From Raillietiella orientalis (taxonomy: Eukaryota): 64,000 bases of DNA. The stretch spans positions 682,001-746,000 of the forward strand of contig JAYWIR010000039.1 of NCBI GenBank assembly GCA_036172245.1. The letters run 5' to 3'. The notes below the pieces were generated by a model. That model was not told the origin of the DNA. It saw only the letters and a list, made by a program, of their open reading frames with translations, and did not search any database. Of this stretch, positions 49,209-62,059 are shown in pieces. A program made the translations under genes and the position numbers. Position 1 is the first letter of the stretch, and every line of letters begins with the position of its first letter.

Positions 49209-49996
49209 GTAACGGTCCTTTTTGCTCGCCGCTAGCGTTCTCTGCTATTGCTGCTGCGGACGGTGGCGTTCCGGAGGCGGTGTTCTTGTGACTGACGCGC
49301 GTGGCGCCCCAGTGATCTCCACAACCGCATTCGATGACGCTTTCGATGACGCAATCGACGACGACGACGGCGGCGGCGGGAGGGGCAGAAGAGGAGGTGC
49401 CGACCGCGCTCCGGGCAGCGCCGGTCCGAGCCCGTTGCGGCCTCCGAGCGCTCGCGCACGCGCACGCGCACGTCCCCGGGGCGTCCTCTGGCTCGCCGCA
49501 TCTCCTCGCCGCATCTTCCCCGCGCCCGCAGCCAGAAGCGTCTGCCCGCTCGTGAGGTCCTCGAGATCCCAGTGCCAACAAGTGGAGGGTGCCCCAAACC
49601 TCCTGCGTTCCTTCTCGATCCGGTGCGAACACCACCCTCGTCCTTTCCACACCGGCAGAATGCGGCCGTCCGCCGTCCCGGAAGCGGCGGATCCCTCTTG
49701 CTGGAGCTCCCTGTTGCTGCGCTTCCCATGAGCAGCACCTCGCCAGTGATGCGGAATCTCCTCCTCCCGACATCTGCCGGAAGTACCGTGCAGCAGCAGC
49801 AGCAGCGTCGCGTGAACCCCTTCCCGGTGCCCGAAGGATTCGACCCGGCGCCGCAAGAGCACCGACGGCGAGGACCTCTTCGCGGGCTCTTCGGTGGTCT
49901 TGAGCGCCCGCGGGAAGGTCTCTGCTAGACGCCTCGCATTCATGGCGCGGTGGCTTGCAAACTGCGCCTGTCCAGATCGAGACCCAATTATAACAG

Positions 49997-50127
49997 ACGA
50001 CTCTTTCAGAGTGGATGTTGGTCTTCAACGGCATTATGGTAGTTGTGACCGTAGCAGGGCTTCTTATCAATGTTTTGGTGTTGAGTATTTTCTATCACCG
50101 TCCCAAGTTGAGGAAGGTGTCCAATAG
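49997..50127 (+). CDS. Exon encoding TM1 and ICL1 of a class A (rhodopsin-like) GPCR
   Basis: TTLSEWMLVFNGIMVVVTVAGLLINVLVLSIFYHRPKLRKVSNR is a hydrophobic helix with the N1.50-x-L-V and LRxxxN signature, ending at the consensus donor AG|GTAAGA (phase 2). The acceptor is at 49996 or 50009. Not in the ORF track. Confidence 0.78.
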
Positions 50128-51499
50128 GTAAGAGGGAGAGAGCAAGAAACGAAAAAGAGTGCCTGTCTGTTCAGCGGTCGCTGTTCTCCCAGGCGCCGTT
50201 TCGCGTAGCGAGACAGTGGCGCCGGTTGGGAGAGGGGGGGGGGGGTGAACGCTTTTTTCCGGCGGGCGGTGGAGCGAAAGCGCCGCCGCGCGACGAGGAC
50301 GAGGACGACGGCGCCGAGCGGACCCGACGGAAGGGCCTGCCCGCTTTTCCCTCCGAGGCCGGGCGACCGCGAAAGTCCGCCGCCGCGAAACGGCGGAACC
50401 ACCGGCTCAACCCAGCTGGTCCCACCGGTCCGGTCGGTCATCCGCCTCCTCCACTACCTCGTCACGAAAGGTCATTGAGAGGACAGGTCTTGGGTTCGGA
50501 GAACTCCTCGCCCTCAAACTGATTTCGAGTGCCTCTTCGGAGGACGAGTCCAACTTCAGAAGAGTCTTCGCTTGGAAACCAGCCGCGAACACCATGAGCA
50601 GCTACAGGTGGCTGGGGAGGGTCGCACGGAGCTTCCCCCACTCTGGGGGAGCCGGGGACGAACGCACCCGTCTCTAGAGCGCGCGCTCTTGTCTGGGAAG
50701 GGGGACAGGTAACGGAGGTGCAGCGGTGGAAGGTGCCGCGCTCTTTCCGATCGACCACCAAGGTCTTCGGATGGGTCTCTCCTCGTAGCTCAGCATCCCT
50801 GGAGCTTTCGGACCCGCCCTCGCACCGCACGGATAAGAGCTTCCGCAGACGCAGCTGCGAGGTCGGCGTCAAGGAAGGCGTCGCCACGGTTTCCGTGGCC
50901 ACTGCCGCCGCCGCCGTCAGCATCTTCCTGCAACGAGTGTGTGTGCCTCTCCCCCCTCCCCCCGCGCGCGCGCGGCAAGAGGAATGCGCGCGCTTTTCCC
51001 GCTTTATCGAATTCCCGTCAGGCTGCACAACCCGCCCTTCTCTCCCTTTCACTAGCCTCGGAATGCTCCCCGACGCCAGTTGATTCCAAAGCGCCCCAGG
51101 AAGCGATCCGTCCCGGGATCCCCGTTCTCGGCTCGAGAAGCCGCCGGCTCACGGGGGGAGTCGCTTCCATCTCTCCTTCCCTTCCTTTCCTCTCCCTCCT
51201 CCTCCTCCTCCTTCACGTTTCCGCCGTCTCCCAGAACTCCTACGCTCTCTTGCACTCTCTCGGCCGGAGCAGGAATGCGCATCCCCTGGGGAGAAGCAAC
51301 GCGTCCGGACTCTGTAGGAAGGGGTTCGCCACGAGGATGTCCGTGAGGATGGTGGTGGCTCCCCTGGCGGGAGTTCCCTGCTCCACAGCTCGATAGCTTC
51401 CCCATTGGCGTCTGCGACGGACGGTGGGCCGCGCTAGCGTGTCTTCGGTGTGAGACGTTGCGCATCCCGCTCTCCTCTAGGGAGAAGGCGAAGAAGGTC

Positions 51500-52040
51500 A
51501 CGCTCCGTCGTCGAGGTGATCTCTATCGAGCAGAGGAGGAGGAGGACACCCCCGGCGCTAGGACTCACGGAACAGGCTGACTCGTTCGCGGGTCAGCTGT
51601 TGTGGAGCCTCAGAGACTCCAGGACTCGGCTGCAGGGGTCGTCAGGCCAGAGGAACAACCCCCTTTCTCCGTCTCCCGCTCAGGGAACCTCGTCTGGCCC
51701 GTCTGGGTCCTTTCCTCAGGCCTCGCAGCTCAGGTCGGCCCGAGACAGCGAGGCCATCCCCCAGGGTTGGTGGCTGCCACGTTCCTTCCTGGACGTCCGG
51801 AGGTCCCACTTCCGCGAGAAAGCTGGACGAGGGCTGATGGTAAAGGCGCGTCCTGGAATCGTCGGGATCCCTGTTCGAAGGCCGCTCGGAGAAGTGAGGG
51901 GCCAGTTGCGCGTACCGGTCACCTCGAGTCACGTGTCCTTTCGGTGCTGGGGAGAAGGGGAGGATGGCGCATTTGCCGACTTCCACTGCAGCGGTCGGGA
52001 CATTCGGCGGCTCCCGCGCACCGCGTCCCGGACGCATTCG
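51500..52040 (+). mobile_element. Possible decayed L1/Tx1-like ORF2 3' fragment
   Basis: GIPVRRPL...FRCWGEGEDGAFADFHC resembles the zf-RVT pattern. Confidence 0.3.
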
Positions 52041-52046
52041 TCCGCG

Positions 52047-52972
52047 TTCCCAGCGGCTGCTCAGGGGCTCCCGTGTCTCCTTCGGCGCCAACGCCGATGC
52101 CTTTCGAGCGACAGCACTCACGTGTTTCCGGCTTAGGTGCGTCTCCAGCGACGCGAGGACACGTGAAGCGCGCGGCGCCGGCAGGAAGAGTAAATTCTTT
52201 CCTCCCTCCCTTCCCTTCCTGGAGCTGGTGCGTTTCGCTGACAATCGCCCGAGGGTCTCCACGACACTATCCGCCAACGTCCAGCTGGATCCACAGACGT
52301 TGGAAAGTCTGCTTGCCTTCCTCTTCCTGCCACCAGCACGTTGCGATCGGCGGCGGCGCGAGACCAGAAGGCGAGGGAAGCGGAGCGACATCGAACGGGG
52401 TCTCAGGCACCGCTAGCCGTTCTCACGTTTGCGCTCGCATGGGCTGCCGTCGGCAGATCCTTCTCGCCTCCTCCTTGCCCCTTCGGGTGGCAGGCAGACG
52501 GTTGGACGGCGGTTCGGAACCCGGTCGGAGGACACGGGAGAAGCTCAGGAGGGGTGGAGGAGAGGCGGAGGTGAGGTCGGCGAGCCGGGGAAGCAGTCGT
52601 AGGGGGAAGCAGATACAAGAGCGGACTTTGGGGGAACCGGGCGAAGGCTGCATCGCGGAGGAGGACTCTCGGTCGCAACGTGCTGGCGGCAGGAAGAGGA
52701 AGGCAAGCAGACTTTCCAACGTCTGTGGATCCAGCTGGACGTTGGCGGATAGTGTCGTGGAGACCCTCGGGCGATTGTCAGCGAAACGCACCAGCTCCAG
52801 GAAGGGAAGGGAGGGGGGAAAGAATTTACTCTTCCTGCCGGCGCCGCGCGCTTCACGTGTCCTCGCGTCGCAGGAGACGCACCTAAGCCGGAAACACGTG
52901 AGTGCTGTCGCTCGAAAGGCATCGGCGTTGGCGCCGAAGGAGACACGGGAGCTCCTGAGCAGCCGCTGGGAA
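52047..52972. repeat. Long inverted repeat: 303-bp arms (52047-52349 and 52670-52972) with a 320-bp spacer
   Basis: The arms are reverse complements with 5 mismatches counted by eye. Identical peptides appear on opposite strands in the ORF track. Confidence 0.97.
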
Positions 52973-55900
52973 GGCGGCGCGCGAGGTCTTCTCCGAGAGA
53001 AGGAGAAGATCTGGGGCGGCCGAAGGTCGCGAGAGACATCTTCCTTTCCTCTCCCGGCGGCCTCCTCTTGTCGCATTCAGCACTCGCAGCGATCGCCTCT
53101 CCGCACGAGATTCCGCTGTTTGCTTCCCGACCGCTGCGGAAACCGTCTGGAAGCCCACTGGTGATGAAGGAGGGTCCGACCTCCCTCAACTCTCGGAGGT
53201 TCCCCGGGACCATTTTGTGCGGGGCTTGACCGCGGGGTTCCTCCGCAATGAGCGTCCGTCGGGGCGCTCCCTCCTCGAACGAGCGCTTCCCGCTGCAAAT
53301 GTCGGATGTTTACCGATTACACGTCAGTTGCCATCGAGACGCAACCTATGCGTAAGTGGTAAGTATCTGATGCGCTTCCGGCCTGAAGGAGAGGGGAGAG
53401 AAAGAGCAAACCTTGTGGTTTGTTTGGGTTTCCCCCGACGCTACAACGGTGGCTCCCTCTGTTGGGCTCACGAATTGGGGAGGATTCTCTAGACCTTCCA
53501 TAAAAGGGGAGCAGGAAAGAAGGAAGAGGAGGAAGGGGGAGGGGGAAACGGTATTATGGATACCGGAACGAGTTCCCCTCCAAGATGAAAACAACTGTCG
53601 TATTTGTTTTCTTGCTCGCTCTGCTCCTCCTCTTCCCGAGTTCCGCTGTTCGACAGTCTCCTTGAACTCGAGTCATCGAACCGCCTTAAGGATAACCTCA
53701 CTCCCTGAGTGCGCGCGACGAGCGCCATTTTCAAGTTCGTCGTATCTTCGTACGCGGAAAGGGGTGGGATGAGGGGTGCGGCACCCCTATCCTCACTAAG
53801 CCGCAGCAGGGAGCGCGCACGTGAAGACGCCATCGCCCGCGGGAAGGCGAGCACGCACGCAAGAAGACGCTGCACGTTCTTCTTAGCCTGGTTTGCTTTT
53901 CTTTCCGGAGCTGACGCGGTGGCGGACGAAAGCATCGCCCAACCAAGCAGCCCGTGAACCGGTGGAGGTTCCTTTTCTGAGCAGCACTCTCGCATCAGGG
54001 GGAAAGAAAGAAAGATCTTTTTTTTTTTTAAAAAAAAAAAAAGGCAAAAAACGACACGTATTTAGGAAGGACGATCGCGGAATCTTGTCTGCGCAAAGGC
54101 AAGTCTCTCAGGAGACGGTTCCGCTGCGTCTCCTCCACGCAGGTTTCATGGGGAATCAATGCAGGCGGGGAAAAATGATAATAATAATAGTCAAGTAGAA
54201 AGAGAGGGAAAAGGCGAAGAAAGAAGAGGATTTTGTAAAAGTAGCTGGTGTGGAGCTCTTGATCCGAAAGGCCCCGTTCCGTCCTCCCCTCGACATGCAG
54301 CCTGTGCGCTCGTTGAACAAAGGAATAAATAAGATCGACTCCCGTGAATGGATCAGATGAATAAGTAATGTAAAATCAAAGCCTCCCAGTGCGTCCCCAA
54401 AGGGATGCAGGATACAGATTTGTTTTCCCACCGACTTGCAGTGGTTCGAACATTCGACTGGAAAATAGCGCCGTTGAGATCACTCGTTCCTTATCACTCG
54501 TTCAAGGCGATCGCTAGCAAAATAATAAATAATAATAATAATGATTCCTTCAGAATGCAATTGCAAAGTGCTGCATATGATAGCATCTGATACCGTTTAA
54601 TGAGAGCACCCAGTGCAAGCGCATAAACTGAAGAAGAAAAAAAAAAAAAAGCATGCCGGAAAGAATGCGTTTCGTGGTTTCCGAGGAAACAGAGACAGCC
54701 AACGATCTGCTGCTTTCGCGCCAATGATCGCCAAATATGCACCGAGATCTTTTCTTTCTTCATTTTTTACTTTTTAAAAAGTTTCCTTTGGAGTACCAGA
54801 ATGTGGAAAATAGCCCTGATAATTTGATGCTGCGCAAGCAAGCATGTAAACCGTTCACGGATTAATGCTACTCATGGGCAATCCCATTAGATCGGCAAAG
54901 CGCTTATCGCCTTCCGTGTGTGCACGGCTCGGTTGTCCTGACGACGAGTCTTCGGTCTTTTGCATGCCACGCTGAAACTGCTTTTCCGAAATCAGAGATT
55001 CGTAAAATCTCCTGTCCGAAGGAAGCGCAGTGCCTGATAACAAGCGGCCACGAGGTTTTTTCTTCTGGCTTCAGAGTGACCGCTGGGCTAATGGGTGCTG
55101 CTCCGTGGCACGATCTCTCTCAAGACTTTCGCATGCAAACTTTTTTTTTTTTTTGCAGCCTCCGTCAAGAAACCCAAGAGTCGCATCTCTCGTGAGCACG
55201 TGACTGCGGAAGCGTGCGTTCGCGGGAAGCGGAGCTGCGTGCAACAGCCCAAGCGCCACCGCAAGAACGTGGCAAAGTCCGGGATAGCCACGGAACGAGC
55301 GCACTTCGGAAGTCCGGCTCGGGCTGTCGCGGATTCACAACTAATTCCTCTACGCTCGTGGGGGAATTTCAAAAGTGAAAGTGCGAGGACCGAACACGTT
55401 CCGTGCGGGTGTGCGTCCGAGATGCTGAGGAACCGAACGCGGAAACCCCGGCAACGGAATCATCGATTCGGTGCGTTCGCGATCCGTCGTCGGAAATCCG
55501 TCCCGAACTCCCGAGCACCTTCCCCCCCCGAACGGGAGCTCACCGAGAGGAATGGTCGGCAGGGGTCATCTTCGTCTGCAGCAGGAACCGCGCTTCGCAC
55601 TCATCCGCGTTGCTTGCTTGGGGTCTAAAGGGAGACCGCCGCGTCCGGAGTGCGCGGATTGTCCCCGACGAGAACGTTCGAATGCTCCAGCGACTAAAAG
55701 ATGAATCGCTCTTTCCAATCAAAAATCATGGCGCCGCCGAATTCATCGATTTTCGTTCGTATTCCCGTTCACCGCCCTCCGCTCTTCACTTCCCAATTTC
55801 CTTCGAATTCCGAGGACGAACGGGGAGGAAATTCGCAAGCAGCTTCGGCATGGAAGCGCCTCGCAATTGAATTAGGGAGACATTAAAGGTGAACAGCATT

Positions 55901-58099
55901 TAATTATTCGTGGATTCGAAATCATAATTCCATTAGGGGGTCCTGTATGACTCTGAGGAAGCTGAGGCAGCGAGTGGCTCTTCCCGAGTCGTGGCTGGAG
56001 CGATCGGTCATGCGTATCTCTGGCTTCGTGTCTCGAGCACGCATCCAGCCACCTTGCGTAGCCGTACGCGTCTGTCGCTTCGGTTTGAAAGAAGGCAAAC
56101 ATGAAAAATGCCTCTCCGTCCGCCTCAGGAACACGCACGCACACGCACGCGCGCACATACTGTGTTTGATGGATTGGTCGAATGTGACGCGTTCAGAACA
56201 CGTCTCTTTGGGACACTGGCAGCACTCCACGCACGTCTCCAGCGGGAGGCGTACGCAATGCAGCAGGGAAGAAATCGCTGTCGAACGAAGCACAGCCGTC
56301 GCTCGATTTTCGAAGATATTTTCCTCTTTCCCTCCCCCTCTCTCCCAGAGGTGAGAAGGCCCTCGCACGTTGGAAGCGAATTCCTTTTTACGACCTTTTC
56401 GACGCTTTCGTGTTTTGAGTAAGGAGGGCGGAAAAATCTGGCAGCCTCTCCAAGCCCTCGTTGGTTCCCCACGTGGAGGAGATCGCAGTAGCGTGGGGTC
56501 TTCCCGCCACCCCACCCCCCTTCCTTTCCCCCTTCTGACACAGAGCCGCACCTTTTCCTTCAGCACCGGAAAAGTGTCCACTAGGTAGACGGACTAGTTA
56601 TGCGGAAAAAACCGCGTTGCTTCGTGTTGTCCCCTGGAAGAGGCCGTCGGGGTCGCTCGACAGAAGAAGGGAAGGACTTTCTGAAAACCTGGTTGCAGGG
56701 ATGCCAGGCTCGATTCTGGCAACGTTTCGTTTTCCGAACAGTTCATTTTCTATCCAGTCCTTCTTACTTGCCACACTTTCCCCGATGCCTGACTGCCCAT
56801 CGTCCTTCCCATCTTCATACATTCATTTTCCACAGCCACCTCATTGTCACCGTCGACCCTCCTCTGAACCTCGAGATGCAAACACACGCTTTGCGCCGGG
56901 TCCACTGCTGCCACAGATGTTCCAAGCTGATCGCGCAGTTCGCGCTTCGACCTAACCTCCAGCCCTGTCCCCAAGTAACTTCGAATTCTCCGTTATAAAA
57001 ATAACCAACCTCCAGCCAAACTTCCCAGAGATATCAGCCAACCTAAAGTTGAAAGTATTCCTCCGGATTCCAGGAGCACCCGTCCGTAGGTCAGGCTCGT
57101 TTGTACTAAACTTTATATCCCGTTCGCGGAAGTGTAACCTCCGTCAAGCCAAAACAACCCACCGCGAATCATAAAGTGCACTGCAAAAAAAGAAGCCCTT
57201 ACTTGACACATTATAAATAACATTTTTCTTTTTAATTATGGTAACCACAACAACACGCGATACACACCCTCGCTCGGTCCGTCCCTTTATCACACACACA
57301 CACACCCCTCCTCCCCGCTGCCAGAATGCAAGATGCAGCGAGCTATTCTCCCCCTCCGTCCCGGTTGAAACCATGAATGTTTTGCAATCCTCGAAATCAC
57401 GCCGGGCACCGCAGCAGTGCCTCGTGGCCATCGCAGTTGCATCACCGAACCACGTGACGGATTAACAAGGTGTTTTTTCGTGTGTCGTGCGTTCGCGTTT
57501 GAGCCCTTGGGAAGGCCGAAGTGACCGTGGTGGTCTTTGGAAGGTTCGCCTCTCGCCGTCGGAGCGCGAGGGCGATAGGATCCTCCGTGACCTTCGCTCC
57601 GCCACCGCCCCGTCGGCACGGCTTTCGGCAGGTATCCCGTGGGGAGGATCGTGGTGGTGCACGAGGAGTTTCCGGCCGGGCGCGGACCCGGCAGCGTTCA
57701 GCTGGCTCTTCAGCTCCTTGTCTTCGGCCCTCTGAGCCGCTTCCTAACGCTGGCGGACTCTTCGCAGGCCGCGACAGCGGATAATTTTCAAGCGGACGCC
57801 TCTGCGTCGCATTCTTTCGAACCACTGAGACTTTTTCGGGGGGAAGAAGAAGTGTACCGTCTTCGAGACGTCGACAGCACGCTCCCGCGTCTCCATGCTG
57901 CTTCTCTGGTTCATTTGGTTGATGCTTTCATTAAATGCCAAGCGTTTTTTTCTTTTTTGTTTCTTTCTTTGTGCATGTGTGTGTCTTGAGAAAAAATCCA
58001 TTTTTTTTTTGTTGGCAAGTAAAAAGCTGCTGGTTTCCTTCCCCCTGCGTGCTGTCAGTTTCCAAACACTGAAAGAAGATGCGTCCAAGTAACCAGTTT

Positions 58100-60350
58100 C
58101 GGTTTCAGTTGCTTATTGATTGCTCATCAGTGGCGGGGCTGACAACCAATCTAGAGTTGCTTGCACGGCATTTCATCTTCCTGAAAGGGGTTGACGGCTC
58201 AAGTCTCGCGCTCGTCCTGCATCCTTCACTCTCAGACTACCGTGGTCGTCTGACCTTCCTCTGCAGCTTTGCCTCTGCTTCCGTTTCATTATGCAAAAGT
58301 CTGCACTGCCAGGGAGTCTTGCAGGTCTTCGAGTCGCGTTTCCGGGATCATTCGAGATCATTCCGGGTGCATTCTGATTTGGGCGACGCCTGCTCTCTCG
58401 ACTTGGACTTTGCTGCCGGATTCAGAGCAGTTCGTTTCGTGATGCTGCGCGACGTCGAGCCAGTGAAGATGGAACGAAGAGATACGTGGCGGCAGTACTA
58501 CTGACCAGGAAGCGAGGGCGCGTGCTCCTCTACTTTGGATTCTTCTGTGGCTTTTTGGGCTCGAGATTCGGATGAGATTCCCAAGAGGATGCCGGATTCC
58601 CAGGGATGCCGTTCAAGGGTCAACAGTACCGATGCCACTGGCAGCTGGACAGAACGATGATTCACCGCCGTTTGCGAAAGAAGCCTTGCCAAGTAGTTTT
58701 GAACTGGCAGCAAAGTCAGCAACAATTCGCTGCTCTTGCCGCTTGCGTCAGGAATAATCTTTTTTGGTGGTATGGCGACTGGAGAACCCTTTTTTCGACT
58801 CCCTTATTCACCCTCATCGCATGACGTGCTCAATATCTCCTCTTCGGCATCGTCCGGGATCCATCAGAACTCTTTTTCCCTCTGCAACTGGAACTAAGCC
58901 GAGCATTTCTTCAGCTTGAGAGGCAGTGAGATCCTTAAACAAGAAGCCGTCAGGTCACAAGGAAGGTGCTGCCTCTCAAACGAAATCCAGCATGAGTGCG
59001 CGAGGAATCCAATATCCGCTGCTCGAAAGACCCGCCGTGGGAGCACCCGCAGATCTTCCGTGGACTGCGGGTCATGGAGCTCAAGTTAGACCAACCCGCC
59101 AGATTGGTCGGTAGAGCTTTCCGGCTCCATTCTCGCGCACCTGGAAATGACGTCGGGCGGATAAGCAGCAAGCATCCTTCTTCTTCCTGAAGGAACGCGA
59201 TGTTTTCAGCTTTCTCGCCCGTGCGCCAGGGCAGCGCCTGCGTCGGCCGTTTCCGTTCCTAGGAAACGGTCGACCGGATCCCACATGAGGATCCGAAGAA
59301 AGGGTGAGCCTCGACTTTCCCATCCTAACATGTGATCTCAACATGAGTTATCCGGTGTGCGTCCGAAAGAGCCTTTCTTGGAAAGAGAAGTGCCCTAAAA
59401 GAGCTGGTCTTACCAAGATGCACCCACGCTAAACCAAGAAGGAACTCCACCCTCGGAACGAGGGTGGAACGAAGGAACCTCGGCCTGCGCCGCCATCAGA
59501 TCCGAAAGACGACGGTTGCACAACAGGCCGCGGACTTTGCATTCTCGCGGAGGGGACGCAGCTCCTTGCCGCAGCAAGCGGATGTCAAGAGGAAGTGAAA
59601 CTCTTTCGTCCAGAAGCCGCCTACTTCAGTTTCCCACAAGGGAAGGATATCGTTTCGAGCAGCCTCTGCAAGAGTTCATCTAGGAATGGCCTTGTCACCA
59701 TCAAGGAGAATTCTGAAAGCCTCAGATGGAGCTTGGTCTGTAGCTTTTTCGGTCGCCATCGATTCTTCTCTTCTCAGGACTATCGGATTCGGTCTGTAGG
59801 GCTGCAGGAACATGCTGAGAGAGTGGACGTTTCCAGAATGGCAAACGGTCAATCCCCACTTGCAGCAACCCCACACCACTGTCGCTCGCTTCTCCTCCTT
59901 TCCGGAGTTGAGAGTACCGCGGCTACACCCCACACTCATGATGTTGCCCAGCCTCCTTCCAAACCCTCCCAAGGCGTTTCCTCGAGCATTCGAATCCCTC
60001 TCTGCCTTAAACGATTCTGACCTTATGCGAGCCTGTGCCCCCTCCCCTCTTAGATCCAATGCTCGTGTAATCGTCCAGGCATCAGCGGCGTCTTCCAATA
60101 AATCATCAATTTTTAATCAAGTCCCTCGCTAGTCGCGATGCTAATGGAGTCTTCAGCTGAGCCTGCAATGGTAGATGATGACTCCGTTGCTGGTTGGTCA
60201 ACATATGGCTTTTGGGGTTTTCTTCTTCTCTCTCCCGAGTCTGAAAGCATTCCCGAACTGTCTCCTCGCAGTAACCGCACTGACGGCGCGTTTGCGACCA
60301 AACTGTCTCATGGAACGTATTTGACTCACTGGCAGCTGGCGGAAGCACCA
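58100..60350 (-). mobile_element. Decayed hAT transposase with a BED-like zinc finger
   Basis: TVWSQ...QCGYCE...KSHM...H (BED-like), then GD*PFAILE (cf. LPFSIVE), and a weak WLSAP dimerisation-like motif near 58130. Confidence 0.38.
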
Positions 60351-60379
60351 GCAGTCATGTCGTAAGCGCTACGAACCCA

Positions 60380-60700
60380 ACTTACTGAGGGTAAAGATTG
60401 CCATGTGAATTCATGATGGGCTCAAGGCCACCTACTTCGTTGCTGGGCAAAAGTGTTTAACGTATTTCATAAAGTATCTATCCATTCTCACTTGATGTCC
60501 GATGTCTCTGTTCAAAAAGAATTGCTAGTCACTCCCTCTCTTTCCTGAGGAGCTGCAGAGCCGCTTGCTGTTTCGGATCTCTTCCGTTCTTTCTAAGATC
60601 TGAAGAGCCTCCGAAGAAAAACATGCCCAGACCAGACACGACTCTGTGGCTTCCCTTCCGCCCTTCCCCATGACAGGACGGAGGCCTTGCGACCGTGCCA
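60380..60700 (-). mobile_element. Tc1/mariner transposase remnant
   Basis: KGG...CLVWACFSS (cf. GG.VMVWGCFS), RNSK, FFLNRDIGH (cf. FQQDNAPxH), then frameshifted WP / SP / MNSHGNL (cf. WPxxSPDLNPIENLW), in the expected order. Confidence 0.48.
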
Positions 60701-62059
60701 GCGCACGTGGTTCAGAATGGATCTGTGGGCAATCAAAAACAACGGAAGCTTCAAGAAAAGAAAATTGGTCGCGCAGAATTTCGATGCTAGTCACTTCTCT
60801 TTTTTCATCCTCCTTACGCAAGCTGAGAAGAGTCGGCCGTGCTCATAGGTTCGGTTGCGATCTTGGGGGGAAGGTGGAGGCAGGACGTTTGTTGTTCCCA
60901 TCTAGTACCCTGCTCCGCCAAGAGGAAGCCAGCGACGCATCCTCATGACAGAAATAGCTTGGCATTGATTCGTAGCAGAAGTGCGCGCTCAGAGCGGGAA
61001 AAAGTCCAGGGAAGGCCAAGGAAGAATAGGTGCAGCACGAAAGAGGGCCAAGAGGCTTAAGGGAAAATGTGAAATCCGGGATCCTTTCAGTGCTCCCTGA
61101 AAGACGAGACAGTAGATCGCGAGTGCTCGACTTGCGCTCATCAGTGACATCCTCCCATCGGTCTCCTCCTCGCTGCCAACCCACTGGAGACGAGAGAAAC
61201 GCTTGCAAGCCGCTCCTCTCGCTCGTGAGCCACCTCTTGGACACCGGGACTCAGGAGACCTTTCTCCTCCGATTAGATCAGAGCGAAGTGAGGAAGAGGG
61301 CGTGTTTCATAGTGGAAGGGATCCTACCCTTCACTGGAGGTGCTAATGGCAGAAGCCGTGCGTTGCGTACACGGAACCTCGCGCTTTGCGTCGCAGAGAA
61401 GCACGAGCGCTTCTTCCGGTCAGCTGGACACTCGGATATTCCATATGCAAACTCAGACGTCAGCATTCACATAAGACAGGGGTCCGGAGAAGGCGGCCGA
61501 GTGAAAGAGAAGGGAAAGGCGAGAGGAAGGAAAAACCCTGAGCGCGCATGTATACAAATAATGTACAAAAATGTGAAACCTATGGAGCAAAAAATCCAGC
61601 ATCGGATTCCTAGACTGCCTGCTGGCATCAAGTTGCTTCTTTGGGGGCTTTGCTGTTCAGTTCTTCCGTGGAAAAGCCGCTGCGATTCCCTCAAGGGGAG
61701 GCGGCGGTTAGGATTCACCTGGTTCGCCTGCCTTGCTCCCCTAGCCGAGAGAAGAGTCTGGCGATCTCCCATGATCTGCCATCCAGCAGTGCACGTGCCA
61801 AAACCACAGCGGGAAGGAATGCCTTGGGAGCGGTGTCAAGGCGACCACAGCACGCAGATCCACCGTCGCGGCCATCCTGAGGCATTCCTGTGACCTGGGC
61901 GTTCACTTTTCGACCGCGGGAGCGCTGCCCCAACCGACGCGCACGTCCCGTTTTGCGGCCCGAGAGCTCCGCCGGTCTCGCTGGTGTTCCCTGGTGTCCC
62001 TGGCCCCCGAAGAGGCATGGAATTTCCTCCTCCGCACTCGTAGGTGTTTATCCAGAAGA

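Larger units (their letters stand above)
46850..50450. promoter_or_regulatory. CpG-island-like promoter/5' region
   Basis: Very high GC and CpG by eye, with (GC)n runs and no recognisable TE. TATAAG at 48000-48005. Contains the candidate exons. Confidence 0.5.

Noticed and set aside
51602..53164. 520-aa ORF, the longest in the track
   Set aside because: It runs through both arms of the inverted repeat, has low-complexity R/S/G composition and no domain. Likely a by-product of high GC.
58090..58150. Hammerhead core on the minus strand (GTC...CTGATGA...GAAA)
   Set aside because: Stems I, II and III do not pair.
59283..59293. ACATGAGGATC resembling the MS2 operator
   Set aside because: Only the 5' half matches, so it is coincidental.
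61030..61893. 287-aa ORF
   Set aside because: No recognisable domain, non-ATG start, and it lies among transposon debris.
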